A stretch of 64,000 nt of DNA, from NCBI GenBank assembly GCA_964016885.1, contig OZ024747.1, positions 64,232,001 through 64,296,000 of the forward strand. Reading direction: 5' to 3'. Below are positions 1 to 12,829 of the stretch, piece by piece. How positions within the stretch are numbered: position 1 is the first letter of the stretch; each line of letters starts with the position of its first letter. The DNA comes from Eledone cirrhosa. Its lineage: Eukaryota. A program made the translations under genes and the position numbers. A model generated the notes under the pieces. The model had not been told where the DNA came from. It did no database searches and saw nothing but the letters and a program-made list of their open reading frames with translations.

Positions 1-17
1 AATTTGGAACACCACAT

Positions 18-320
18 CTAACTATAGCAAGGCGTCGCTGTTGGCTGAAACATCTTTGGCTGTTGGTGATTTGTTTTATATACTAATGAGGGATATACGC
101 AGACACAATTTGAAGGATTTGGGACCAGACTTATCTTTTCGCACCAAGATCTATTCGAACAAGATTTGATGCGGTAAGGTTGTTGCGTTACAAAATGGGT
201 ATAAGCTGTGGGGTTGAATTTGATAAGGGTGTACATGACCCCAAGTGTAGATAGATTTGTAAACCTGATGATAACATGTTTTGGGCAACGTTGATTGCGT
301 GTTTCACAAATTGTACACAT
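18..320 (-). CDS. Candidate small Cys-rich orphan ORF (100 aa), function unknown
   Basis: Complete ATG-to-stop ORF in non-repetitive DNA that is less AT-rich than its flank. AAAAT-ATG context, and a TTTTTAG acceptor-like site at 339-338 just upstream. No recognisable family. Confidence 0.3.
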   Translation of the reverse strand: MCTICETRNQRCPKHVIIRFTNLSTLGVMYTLIKFNPTAYTHFVTQQPYRIKSCSNRSWCEKISLVPNPSNCVCVYPSLVYKTNHQQPKMFQPTATPCYS

Positions 321-1812
321 ATTTTAATTTAAGATTTCTAAAAATATGAACATATTTTTAGATCCTTTTTCCTTTAAAATTACGCAGAATTACGCATCGA
401 CCTTCTTTTTTACATTCTTTTAAGAATGCTTCTAAACAGTAAACCTTTGTCTACTTTATTCCCTTTCCAATGAAAACAATATCGTCTCTATTTCTAGCGT
501 TGAAGATCCCACTTTACATTCTTCTCCATTTGTCAAAATATTAACTCTATTATATCCTTGGGAATAGCCTAGAAGCAACGGTCATATATCATAATAGAAT
601 AGTTCAAGCACAAAAAAAAAAAAAAAAAAAAACTAACATCAAATAACAAATATAACGTTGATTATTCGTTAACAGACGACAAGAATATTCTGAACCGAGT
701 TATTATTTTGATGGATGATTGTAAAATTACCCTCGATAATCTAAGTACTGAAACATCTCAAATTTTCATTCATGCAATTTAAATGAAAGATATCTAATGA
801 ACATTTCCTTTCAATCTTGGATATTTTATTTTTGTATTTCTCGTTGCATACATAGTCCCCGAGGAATGTTCAAAGATGGCCATACAGTTAGTTTAACAGT
901 TACTACCTAACGCAACGTTATCAACTAATTTTTATTCATGAGAATCTAGGGACTAATCTTTTTATAAATATTATTTCTAGAAGGTCATATGCTAGTTTGT
1001 TATTCCCGGAATATTGTACATAAATTATTCAAATTGTCTTTCAAATGAAATGAAATATTTTAAAATTATTCATACAAAAACAAAAGATGTTGTTTGTTTT
1101 GTTGCGTTTCCGATCCTGCTGTGAAAGGAAAGCCGTTTGTATTAATAAATTAACCAGTCAGTGAAGGGACGTGTTTACTATACACATTTTCTACTGCTCT
1201 GTGGTATTCATACAGTTACTTTCCACCCCATCCTTCTTTGTACATTCATACAAGTGTCCCATGAATTAGGTTTGATACAAAACACTCATGCATTTAATTA
1301 GTTGGAGGAAATTAAGATGAGTTGAATCTCTTGGGTAAAGCCCACACAAAACGCAGCAAATAGGAATCTTTCTAATTACATATTGACAGAATAAAGGGAC
1401 TCATAATTACACTAGCTTTCTTATTTCAACAATAAGGGCAATGTAACTATCTCAATATAGTCATTATGATTAACAGCATCACGAGTATTTACCTTTCTTG
1501 GTTGTTTTAAATTCACTATCAATGGGAATGTATTGTGTAAGTCATAGAACTTGATCGCTTTAAGAGAACAGCACGATTTTATGTACATTGTTTCATATTC
1601 AAATATCAATTTAATACGTAGCGGTCGGCAATATTGAAAACATTGACTGTCAAAGAGAACATGGTGCTGTCACTCCTTTCAAGCAAAAGAGTTTGACATG
1701 GAACACGAAGCTATAGAAGAAAAATAATTAGTTTAAGAGATTAAAAATGCGAAACAACGTGGGAAACTCTATGCATTGGCTCAGACAACTAAGATATGAA
1801 TGCCACATTAGG

Positions 1813-1869
<57 letters not shown>

Positions 1870-2130
1870 GGGTTGACGGACCCAGCATATTTATCAATGC
1901 CAGTACCGGTTGTATCTCAGCGCACTCAATGTGCAATGTAAGATACATTACCAGAGTATACACAGTTATTTGCCTCAACACAACACACGTAAAACGGGTG
2001 CCTATAAGGTTCCCGGACTCGAGTTTCTGCCGCACTAATGCAGCAGTAAGGTGCACTGCACCATCTGTCTGCATATATTATACAACAATGCACAATCGGC
2101 TTATGCAGCTTCATCAGCGGGTTTCACCTA
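1870..2130 (-). mobile_element. PLE pseudo-LTR-type mini-insertion (family J) with hammerhead, between (TAA)n and (TA)n
   Basis: Contains the hammerhead at 2012-2121 and a 3' tail with TTGAGTGCGC; microsatellite on both sides. Confidence 0.7.
2012..2121 (-). ncRNA. Type I hammerhead ribozyme with long stem II
   Basis: Minus strand reads cccg-CTGATGA-agctgcat...gtgcggca-GAAAC-tcga-GTC-cggg. Stem I cccg/cggg, palindromic stem III ACTCGAGT, GUC cleavage triplet. Confidence 0.85.
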
Positions 2131-2272
2131 TATATATATATATATATATGGGCGTTTGATTCCAGAGTCGGACTCGATCAATAGAGATCGAACCTTGAGC
2201 TGATCAATCGCGAAACGGGTATTAAACCTGTATAAACATAATGGAGACTACGCATCACGTGCTTAGTTTGCT

Positions 2273-2529
2273 TAACCAAACTACGCACTCGATGCGTAGT
2301 CTCCTCACACACATACACACATATATATAATGATTCAATCGCGAAACGCGAGTCACACCTCAATAAAGGTAATGAAAATGTAACACTTCGTCCATATATA
2401 TATGGACGAAGTGTTACATTTTCATTACCTTTATTGGGGTGTGACGCACGTTTCACGATTGAATCATTATATATATATATGTGTGTATGTGTGTGAGGAA
2501 ACTACGCATCGAGTGCGTAGTTTGGTTAA
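2273..2529. repeat. ~125 bp-arm inverted repeat centred on (TA)n
   Basis: ttaaccaaactacgcactcgatgcgtagt...cacttcgtccat mirrored by atggacgaagtg...actacgcatcgagtgcgtagtttggttaa. Arms include a (CA)/(TA) tract and a hammerhead 3' half (GAAAC-gcga-GTC). Confidence 0.9.
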
Positions 2530-2706
2530 CAGAACTATATATATATATATTCTGATGAAGTGTAACAAATTAAGTATTGCATATGATTGAACAATATATA
2601 TTGTAGTCAGCATATGTAGACAATTCATAATAGACACAGAAACATATGTCGAATAAATTCATAATCTCTCCACACCAACGTTTTATTTTTCTTGGTGCAA
2701 TACTTG

Positions 2707-2769
<63 letters not shown>

Positions 2770-2771
<2 letters not shown>

Positions 2772-3104
2772 AAGGCGGGTCAAATTCCCGAGATCCATGG
2801 ACGAGTTCTCTCCAGCGGTCTCTGTCCCTCATTATCGCTGCCATGTCCTGCGTCTCCAACAGACCAGTGTCTGTCCTTAGGGCATCAACATACGTTAACC
2901 TTGGTCTTCCTCTTCTAGTGTGTCCATGTAGTGGAGTCTGTGCTGATGTATGGGTCTGAGACTTGGACACTGACCAAGAAACTCACTCAAATGGTGGATG
3001 GGTGCTACACGAGAATGTTGAGGATGGCTCTGAACATTAATCAGTATACACTGAGGATGAAAAACTCAGAGGTGTATGGGAGCATCCCAAAAGTCAGCTC
3101 AAAA

Positions 3105-3106
<2 letters not shown>
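2770..3106. mobile_element. RTE-type LINE 3' fragment with internal inversion
   Basis: 2770-2920 (-) encodes RRGRPRLTYVDALRTDTGL...RDRDRWRELV; 2925-3106 (+) encodes ESVLMYGSETWTLTKKLTQMVDGCYTRMLRMALNI. Both are typical post-RT RTE/RTE-X segments, in opposite orientation, with (TA)n on both sides. Confidence 0.8.
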
Positions 3107-3138
<32 letters not shown>

Positions 3139-3149
3139 TATGTATATAT

Positions 3150-3530
3150 ATGCTGAGAGAAAGGAGTACTCAATACCGAAGTAGAATTTTAACATTCATT
3201 TTATTAAGGCTAAATAGTGAGTCTTGTTTCTTTGGAGTTTCGCAGGGTCATCAGACTAGATGTAACATTTCCATATCAGATAGTGTATAAATAAAAACTC
3301 GATATAGGGGAGGGGGGATTTCAAACAGCCCTATCCTCTCCCATTGCCACTAACACCCTGTCTACCATATCTTAATTACTCTTCCACAATTAAATCCTCC
3401 CCTCCCATCTCGTGTTTTCCTTTATTTATACTGTCTGCTATCGAAACGCTAGTTGCTGTCTGCCGTCACTGTGATAAACAGACAAAACTCCAGAGTAACA
3501 GGACTCAGTATTTTGCCGTAATTAAATGAA
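3150..3530. mobile_element. Fold-back PLE mini-insertion (family B), decayed hammerheads in both arms
   Basis: 3195-3295 is the reverse complement of 3420-3530. Minus strand CTGATGA-ccctg-c-GAAAC-tccaaa. The tail matches 27320-27370. Confidence 0.75.
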
Positions 3531-3558
3531 TATATATATATATATAAAATTAGAATTT

Positions 3559-3648
<90 letters not shown>

Positions 3649-3660
3649 CACACACACACT

Positions 3661-3716
<56 letters not shown>

Positions 3717-3839
3717 TTTTGATTAATACGTGAAATTAATATTGTCTGACAAATGCACAGGTAAACCAGAATGCTAAAAACACTTACTCTGTGTGCGTGT
3801 GTGTGTGTGTGTGTACGCGCGCACGCAGGTAAATAATTA

Positions 3840-4229
3840 CGAGGGCAATCCCAATATTGCAACTTCCGATATTACAACTGTTCTGTTAAAATCCTGTGGA
3901 TGGTGCTTTTGGAAACCTCAGGAACCAAAATGCAGAGAGCTTCCAGAGTGATCCGCCGAGCTTTACGCATGTTTTCATCGGAAAGAGACCTTACTTTTGG
4001 GATTGCCCTCGTTTATAATAACTGCGCGAAATTCGCACTTGGCGGTAGCGTTCAACGGGTGCTCCATTCTCAACGGCTGCCAAGCCCAGATTGAGCATCC
4101 CAGCGAAGCACGCGCATGCTTGTTTGGGAGTGAAGGAAGTACCAATCGCAACAGTGTTGCCAATAGCCGTACGAAGAGTTTCTCTGCGTCCCCATCGCTT
4201 TGGAGACCTTAATTTTGGGATTACCCTCG
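3840..4229. mobile_element. Tc1/mariner-type non-autonomous element (MITE)
   Basis: TIRs cgagggcaatcccaa / ttgggattaccctcg with TA on both sides; an extra right-end TIR copy at 3985-4011. Confidence 0.75.
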
Positions 4230-4794
4230 TACATAGCTAGATACATAGAGTTAGATATTCAGACAAAGTTAAAATTGTTTAAGCGTGTAAGAATACGTTG
4301 CTGTGAGAAGCGGATTAATAGGAACAAATTCTAGAGAGTGGAATTGACAACTTCGAAAGTAAGTTATCAAAGATAATAAACAGAAATATGCAATATATGT
4401 TTCTATTAACAAATAGTTTATAGATCACAATTTTACATGAAATATTATATGTTATGTTGACGTGGTAAATGACTTCCTTTTGAAAAATGTTGAGAAGACA
4501 CTCCAACACCCATAAAAAATGTTTCTCCTATCGTATGTATCTATCGTATGTGTGTGTTAGCAGTAATAGAACTGATAAAATGCATTCCATTAATGTCCAC
4601 AAGAATTTTGTGTCCATCAGGCATAGTGTACTATTTAATATGTCCTATTTCTATAGCTTAGGAACGTTTTTGCAAAGCCAGGATAATGCAAGTTAGAAAT
4701 AAAGAATGAAACTATAGTATAACACGTACAAAGGAAAATAGTTGTATCTTATCTTACCTGAAATATATCTTGCATTTTAGCAGCTTTCAACAAA

Positions 4795-5065
4795 TCGTAC
4801 CCATATATTCCACAATGCTTAATATAAAATCTATTACTTTATATACGTAGTTTCAAAATATACAGTACACCACACCACATCTTTATCTTTGTTATAAAGA
4901 ACAAAAAACGTTTATAATTTATCTTATATTCCCTTATAATAATTCATCTTTTATTAGCTTACTTTTTTGCGGCTTTTCCTAAACTCGTAGCCATATATTC
5001 CACAATGCTTAATATAAAAGATATTATTTTGTATGTGTTGTTTCAAAATATACAGTACACCACAT
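4795..5065. repeat. ~85 bp direct duplication (period ~191 bp)
   Basis: tcgta(c/g)ccatatattccacaatgcttaatataaaa...gtttcaaaatatacagtacaccaca at ~4795 and ~4986. Confidence 0.85.
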
Positions 5066-6789
5066 CCTTTTCAATGTCATCAAAATCTATTTTATAAAGG
5101 TAGGAATTCTATTTTGTAACTTCATAAATGTTTTGTATGTATACATTTAATTCAAGTTACTACAAAGTCATTTAATGAGTAAGAGAAAAATAATTGAGGA
5201 TAGCTTTATCATTCTAATTGGCTCTCAGCACAGCTTCCTGCCTTTTGTTCTACAATGGTCTTAAAATCATAATAGAAGATACAAAATGACAAATAATACT
5301 CAGTGTTTTCTCATTTTCCTTCTCTCTAAGTGTTTGTCAATATTTACTACATTATTACTACCGTCGATTGTTATTGTAGAGTTTTTAACATGATAACGAC
5401 AGCAACTTGATAACACTAATTATGTCTAGCAACATGCTTATATTTGTTTTTAGAATTTAATCTTAACGTCGTGGCATTGTTTTCAATTTTGAAATTAGTT
5501 ATCTCTTTCTTCTACAAAAACAACGAATGAAGAATAGAAAAATTCAATCTGTGAATGCCTGTCACATGTTTACAGATTACTGAATAAAACAAAGAATAAA
5601 CATTGTAAAATAATAAGAACGGGAACATAATCGTTTACCATAAGAAAATCTAATTCAATTTATATTTTCAATCAAGTAGAAGAGTTAATTGCTTTAAGAA
5701 TAGTTTTGTTTTGCTGAACAATAGACACAAACTATTCTGGATTCAATTTCAATACTGAAAATTTCTTAAAGAAACAATAAAACATAGAATGAGGAATAAT
5801 GACAATAAAATGAACATATTGGAAACATATTTTTATGATAGTATCTTTTGCTTTTGAAATGAATCAAAGAAATAAACGAAAAAAAAAAAAAAGAAAAAAC
5901 TTGCAAGTCATATATATTTTATTCTGTAATATATTCCTCATGAAATAGAATATAAACATTGACATTTAATTCTGTCTCCCCCCTAAAGCAGTTTTGTTGT
6001 ATTTGTTTTACCCTATGTGCGCTAAAATTTATATCGTATAGATGAGGATAATAACCTGAGCCATAGCATTCAGAAACCAGTCTGGTCGTTCTGCTTGAAC
6101 AGGCAAAAGCTGATAGCTACACGAAAAATTGTGAAAAGCAGCGGTGGAATATTTGACGCTAAAATTATGGGTATATTTATTAAAGATTTGGTAGTCACAA
6201 TATGAGAAACGGAAGTAAATATGTAGGCTCGCACTCAACGCTGGTAATATGCACAAACTACATGTGAAATGCATGCATTGACAATGTCGATCTGAAATGT
6301 CTGTTCCTTATGGTGCATATGTATATGATATAATTCATTTGATAAAAACAATCTATGTGTAATACTTGCCCAATGTATAATACTTGCTCATATCGCGACC
6401 TAATGATTGCAAAAGGAATTTCTTAACAATTAGTTCATACTGCGTTCAGTGTATATATGTATATATGTCTGTTTGTGAGGGATTTTGTGCTAGTGTACAC
6501 CATATAAATTTTCATAAGCACGTCTCACTACATCTCCATCACAATTGTTTATGCTTTTAAATCTATGTCCGAACAGTTACTATTTACGATCTGGACTAAC
6601 AGCTGTATTTCACAATTTTGAAATTATAAAGGAAAGATATTGAAATGATATACACTTTCTACCGATAAAAGTATAAAGTATGGCGCGAGATGGGGAGATT
6701 TCACTGCTCTTTCATGCACAGTCACTGTTAATGGTTTATATATTCATATAATTTCATTATCTCTTTCTATATATATATACATTCGCATG

Positions 6790-6856
<67 letters not shown>

Positions 6857-6857
6857 A

Positions 6858-7037
6858 ATAAAGAGGGTCTGGTAAGATACCAGATGGACCATAACGCACC
6901 AGAGTAGAGTACTCAATACTTACGGTGGTAGAGTGGGTCATAGGAAAAGAGTCAGGACCCCGACGGCAGAGCTCTGGCCGTTTCGACAGCTAAATCCGAA
7001 ACGGCCGGAGCTCAGCTGTCGGGGTCTTAACTATTTT

Positions 7038-7040
<3 letters not shown>
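6858..7040 (-). mobile_element. Fold-back PLE mini-insertion, family A
   Basis: Hairpin gacggcagagctctggccgtttcg / cgaaacggccggagctcagctgtc (hammerhead GAAAC...GTC half) plus ~95 bp tail with GAGTACTC; (TA)n both sides. Confidence 0.8.
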
Positions 7041-7100
<60 letters not shown>

Positions 7101-7535
7101 CATCAAAAATTCATTGCATCATTGATTGGAGAGATGGAAAAAACCAGTAGCCGGCGATGGTGGTTTTGAAGGAAGTGTGATATAAATCAGAGATATTTCT
7201 CCATAATGTGAAATTTCAATTATTCTAGTCTAACACAGTATATTTATACATACAACGACCATAGATGCTCTACTGTTCTAAATATGATAGCATTATCTGG
7301 ATAATATTCTACCTTCTCGACATTCAGACGAGCATAATGAACTGACTGCGCAGTTTTTAAATTTCTTAAGATCTCAATTAAATCATCGCTTTGATCTTGA
7401 TAGGAAAGAGTTTTATGCATGTGCAGTTATTTATATATGTATGTGTGTATGCGTCTATGTGCGTCGGTGTGTGTGTGTGTGTGTGTATGCATGTGTGAAT
7501 GTAAGTATGAGTGTATGTATACATGTATACATGTA

Positions 7536-7573
<38 letters not shown>

Positions 7574-7673
7574 AATATATGTATAGGAATATATATTTGT
7601 GGGTATAGGTATATTATAATATATAAACATATATACACTATATATGTATTTGTGATGGATGTGTGTATATAGT

Positions 7674-7736
<63 letters not shown>

Positions 7737-7739
<3 letters not shown>

Positions 7740-7920
7740 AAAAAGTTTAACCCCGACGGCAGAGCTCAAGCTGTTTCGACGGTAATTTCAGAAATAGCCG
7801 TCGAAACTGCTTGAGCTCTGCCGTCGGTTAAACCTTTTCCGATTACCCACTCTACTACCCTAAGTATTGAGTACTCTGGTGCGTTATGGTCCATCTGGTT
7901 CCTTACCACAATTCCTTCGT

Positions 7921-7921
<1 letters not shown>
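7737..7921 (+). mobile_element. Fold-back PLE mini-insertion, family A
   Basis: Same hairpin and tail (acccactctactaccctaagtattgagtactctggtgcgttatggtcc); (TA)n both sides. Confidence 0.8.
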
Positions 7922-7952
<31 letters not shown>

Positions 7953-8037
7953 CACACACAATACATAATATATATGCAAATAATAAATCTACACACGCAC
8001 CTAGCGCCACTCAGATATATGTATAGAATTATATATT

Positions 8038-8216
8038 TGGCAGTATTGGTAGAGGGTCGGACGCCATCTTTCGAGCATTAGTTACATCCCTTTACGGTCT
8101 GAGTTCAAATCCTGCCGAGGTTAACTTTGTCTTTCATCCTTACGGGGTCGATAAAATAAAGTACCAGTAATACACTGTGTAATTGCTGGCCTTGTGCCAA
8201 AAGTAGAAACAATTAT
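8038..8216 (+). mobile_element. tRNA-derived SINE (Meta-domain-like core)
   Basis: B box GAGTTCAAATCC, core gccgaggttaactttg(c/t)ctttcatccttacggggtcgataaaataaagtaccagt, tail gctggccttgtgccaaaagtagaaacaattat. Many copies in the window. Confidence 0.85.
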
Positions 8217-8489
8217 ATATCTACATAAACATATATATAATACATAATGGATATATTATAGAAATAATAATTCTGCATTCACATGTAGGTATGTGTGAAT
8301 GAGTGTATGGCAGTGTATGCAAGTGTGTGTGTGTTTGAGTGTGTGTGTGTGTATGATTGTGTGTGTGTGTGTGTTTCCATGACTGTTTGCGTGTGTATTG
8401 ATCACAAATGAATGTAAATGTACATGTATAATGAGCTTGTTGACATAGGTGCACGTAGAAGAATATCATATATTCGTGGAAATACATAG

Positions 8490-8665
8490 AAGAATTTGGC
8501 TGATTGTACAATTCGAAGCAGTCTGCAACCTAATATGGAAGCTTGTCTGGGTAATATCTTCAAGTTCCAGATTAAAAGATACATCAAAGAGACCTCTCAC
8601 AGACTTAATACTAATGGAGTAGACATATATGATGAAGAACTTGTATAGAATTGGTGGAGGAATAA
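8490..8665 (+). mobile_element. Highly decayed RTE-like LINE 3' remnant
   Basis: Broken translation resembles RTE C-terminal motifs (Q.KRY.., R..WR). Weak. Confidence 0.3.
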
Positions 8666-8861
8666 CGAGTGTCTGATTTTACTATCCTATAACGTATATA
8701 ATGTCCAACGAGTAAATTTTATAAATATTCCCCTACACACACACACATATATGTGTGTATTTATGTGTGTATAGTTATGATACAATATATATATATATGT
8801 GTGTGTATTATATCATAACTATATACAGATAAATACGCACACACATATATATATATAAGTG

Positions 8862-8928
<67 letters not shown>

Positions 8929-9298
8929 ATGTATATATATATATATATTATAACTATATACAGATGAATACACACACACACATATATATATATATATGTG
9001 TATTTATCTGTATATAGTTATAATATATATACATAGACACACACACTCAAACACACACACGTATATATATATATGTATATAATTATGATATAATACACAC
9101 AGACACTCACACACACACACATATATATATTTGTGTGTGTGTGTATGTGTGTGCATATATGTTATATCATAGCTATATACACATAAATACTTATATCTAT
9201 CCTTCCTCCTGTATGTTTGTATGTACAAGCAAACACACGCCCTGGTGTGTGTTTGCGTTTGTGCATGCGTGTAGATAAATATTTTCTCTCTCTCTCTC

Positions 9299-9341
<43 letters not shown>

Positions 9342-9973
9342 TGTGTGTATGTAAAAAGACGCATACACATACATTTGTATAACTGTGGTTGTTATTTGCA
9401 TGAACATATCCATTTATTAAATTAAAGCTGCCGTATATTCCGGGTATAATTTCGGTCACGCCGCAAAATGGATGGAAATGGGAGAGAGAGAAAGAGAGAG
9501 AGAGAAAGAGAGAGAGAGAAAGAGAGAGACAGAGAGAGAACGGGAGAGAAAGAAAGAGAGAAACAAAAGAGAGAGAGAGAGAGAGAGAGGGGGGAGATAG
9601 ATAGCGAGAGAGAGAATTATGTCGGGAGTTGATTTTTAATCCTTGGCTTTAAAAGTCTTGATGAAAATAATATGGTAAAATGTGGTTGCGAATTACGTTT
9701 TAATCCGCGCCGATTATATTTATTTTTATATATAAAACTTATAAATATAATATTTAAAATATGATGTTGAACTTTAACACATGGTCAGCTAATATACCAT
9801 GATTAGCCTATGATTTCATGTGACTATCTTGACACTAGTAGACATAGACAACAGCTTGTCCAAGTGCCCCATAATCCAGTCGAACAGCCAAAAACAGAGA
9901 GGGCTACAACAGCACTGAGCTGAACATTTTCATTAGTGATCTCGTAAATATTTAATGAAAAATGAGTTTCCGA

Positions 9974-10268
9974 CAGGGTTGGATTTAGACTTTAGGGGAC
10001 CCGGGGCACTTCAGGTTTGGCGAGCCTCTCATACAGACAAAAATAGAATACACCCCACCCCACTAATTTTACATATCAAAGTTAGCTGATGCAAGTAACT
10101 GGAATTGAAACGATATAGACACAGGTGAACAATTCAAAAATTTCCAACCATCTTAAAACTAACAAGCCCAGCTGAGGGAAAAAATAAATTGCTACGACCT
10201 TCGCTGGTGGGGGCCCCATTGCAGAGGGCCCGGGACAAATGCCCTCTTTGCCCTCCATTAAATCCAGC
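9974..10268. mobile_element. hAT-like MITE
   Basis: Termini cagggttggattta / taaatccagcc with gggcccc subterminal motifs. A related inverted fragment lies at ~37478-37568. Confidence 0.55.
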
Positions 10269-10527
10269 CAGGGGTGGCTAACGCGTGAGCCGCCATTTGC
10301 TTATGATAGTGAAAGAGGGAGAGAGCAAGAGAGACGGAGGCAGTGACTATGGGAGTACGTGTCATTTAATGTTTCATTCTACCTTTATTAACATTCGTTC
10401 CTAATGTGAATAAGCGGTCTAACCCTATCGAGCCATACGAGCAGTCACCACCATGACCGTCTTAGAAAGACCTAATAGCCACGTTCAACAAGTTATGACT
10501 TAAGATGACCGTAACCACAATCTGTCT

Positions 10528-10921
10528 AGCGGAGATTCGGTAGAGGGTTGGACGCCATGCTTTCCAGCATAGTTACGTCCCTTTACAGTCTGAGTTCAAA
10601 TCCCGTCGAGGTTAACTTTGCCTCTCATCCTTACGGGGTCGATAAAATAAAGTACCAGTAATGTACTGGGTAATTGCTGGCCTTGTGCCTAAAGTAGAAA
10701 CAATTATTTAGACATTTAGACAAGGGGGGGGGGGGGGGGGGGGGCAGTATCGATAGTGCATCAGACGCCATGCTTTGCAGCATAGAGTGATGACTATATA
10801 CGGTCTGCGTTCCCGCCGAGGTTAGCTTTGCCTTTCATCCTTACGGTGTCGATAAAATAAAGCAGCAGTAATATACTGAGGGTAATTGCTGGCCTTGTGC
10901 CAAATGTAAAAACAATTATTT
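10528..10921 (+). mobile_element. Two tandem SINE copies separated by a poly-G run
   Basis: SINE core and tail at 10528-10708 and 10742-10921. Confidence 0.85.
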
Positions 10922-11096
10922 AGACATCCATTTAGTCCTCCGTACACATCCAGACATTTCCACAAAATTAATGAAAAGTGTTTGCACTGTTGTAACTGTC
11001 AGGTGTCGGTTTTCATGTCTCTAAGCGTAATGCTATGGTTGCTAAGGTTTTGGATTAAAAATCTTTGTTACTTTTCCTATACATATATACACGCAA

Positions 11097-11164
<68 letters not shown>

Positions 11165-11165
<1 letters not shown>

Positions 11166-11375
11166 ATAAAGAATCGGGGCCTCGACGGCATAGGTCTTGC
11201 CGTTTCAACATCTAGTTCCAGAGACTGTCTGGAACTAATTGTTGAAACGGCAAGAGCTCAGCCGTCGGCATCTCGACTCTTTATAATATAATCATACTCT
11301 ACTACACCAATTATCGAGAACTCTGTTGAGTAATTTGTCTAACCAGTTTCAAACTGAATCCATCCTCATTAAAAT
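11165..11375 (+). mobile_element. Fold-back PLE mini-insertion, subfamily A2
   Basis: gacggcataggtcttgccgtttcaac...gttgaaacggcaagagctcagccgtc hairpin; tail with GAGAACTC at 11316-11323. Confidence 0.75.
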
Positions 11376-11383
11376 ACATACAT

Positions 11384-11433
<50 letters not shown>

Positions 11434-11438
<5 letters not shown>

Positions 11439-11704
11439 ATAATAATAAAATTGAAGACTAAAATCCAAAGAGGGCTCGATAAGGAAAATATATATCAAAT
11501 ATATAAGAACCGTAGAGCAAATATATATATATATATAGTAATAATAATACATTTGAAGACTAAAATCCAAAGAGGGCTCGATAAGGATAAATATATATCA
11601 AATATATAAGAACCGTAGAGCAAATATTTATTAAAATTAGTTAGTTTCAGAACATCCCGTTAAGGGTGAGAGCAGCGATACTTTGCTTAAACTTTAATCT
11701 GTTA

Positions 11705-11740
<36 letters not shown>

Positions 11741-11820
11741 TTTTTATATATCTGATATATATTTATCCTTATCAAGCCCTCTTTGGATTTTAGTCTTCAA
11801 ATTTATTATTATTACTATAT

Positions 11821-11895
<75 letters not shown>

Positions 11896-12084
11896 GATTT
11901 TTATATATCTGATATATATTTATCCTTATCGAGCCCTCTTTGGATTTTAGTCTTCAAATTTATTATTATTACTATATATATATATATATTAAACATTTGC
12001 TCTACGGTTCTTATATATCTGATATATATTTATCCTTATCGAGCCCTCTTTGGATTTTAGTCTTCAAATTTATTATTATTACTA
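11434..12084. mobile_element. Head-to-head cluster of five family C PLE tail copies in (TA)n
   Basis: Unit cttatcgagccctctttggattttagtcttcaaatttattattattac occurs twice on - (11434, 11536) and three times on + (~11740, ~11897, ~11990). Decayed hammerhead at 11643-11693. Confidence 0.8.
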
Positions 12085-12528
12085 TATATATATATATATA
12101 CCTCATACATAATCCTATGTATTATTATAATAAATATAAATGTCATGATATTAATTTTAGTCGGGTAAATCGAATATGAATGTGTCTCCAGTTTATAGAA
12201 ATTTATAAGCTATTCTATTCTCCATTTTGTTTATATTAAGTGCATTGTTGAAATTGTTTACATCCACTCAGTGCTTTGAATAAATATTTGTACATTCATT
12301 ATAATCAAAAGCCAAAAAAAAAAACAAGATTATAATGCCTTACATAAAATTATCTATTCATATGTTTTGTATTCGTTTCATTCGTTTGGATTATTTCATA
12401 ATATAGTCTCATATATGTATTCATATATATACACATACATATATACTAGATATATATATTTACACATACATACATACTATATATACATACATACTTACAT
12501 ACAAGATATATATCCAAATACATACATA

Positions 12529-12589
<61 letters not shown>

Positions 12590-12725
12590 CATACAAGATA
12601 TATATACACATCACATACGTACATACGAGATATATATATACATACACATACATACGAGATATATATACACATACATACTATATATATATACACATACATA
12701 CATACGAGATATATATACACATACA

Positions 12726-12777
<52 letters not shown>

Positions 12778-12829
12778 TACATACATACTACATACACACT
12801 ATATATATACATGATGGCTGCAAACTCGT

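Noticed and set aside
6960-7025. Family A hairpins as pre-miRNAs or DNA-transposon MITEs
   Set aside because: The asymmetric tail, variable loop and match to the unmirrored hammerhead at 33134 fit PLE fold-backs better.
11434-12084. CRISPR-like repeat array
   Set aside because: Eukaryotic context, mixed orientations, spacers are (TA)n, and no cas genes.
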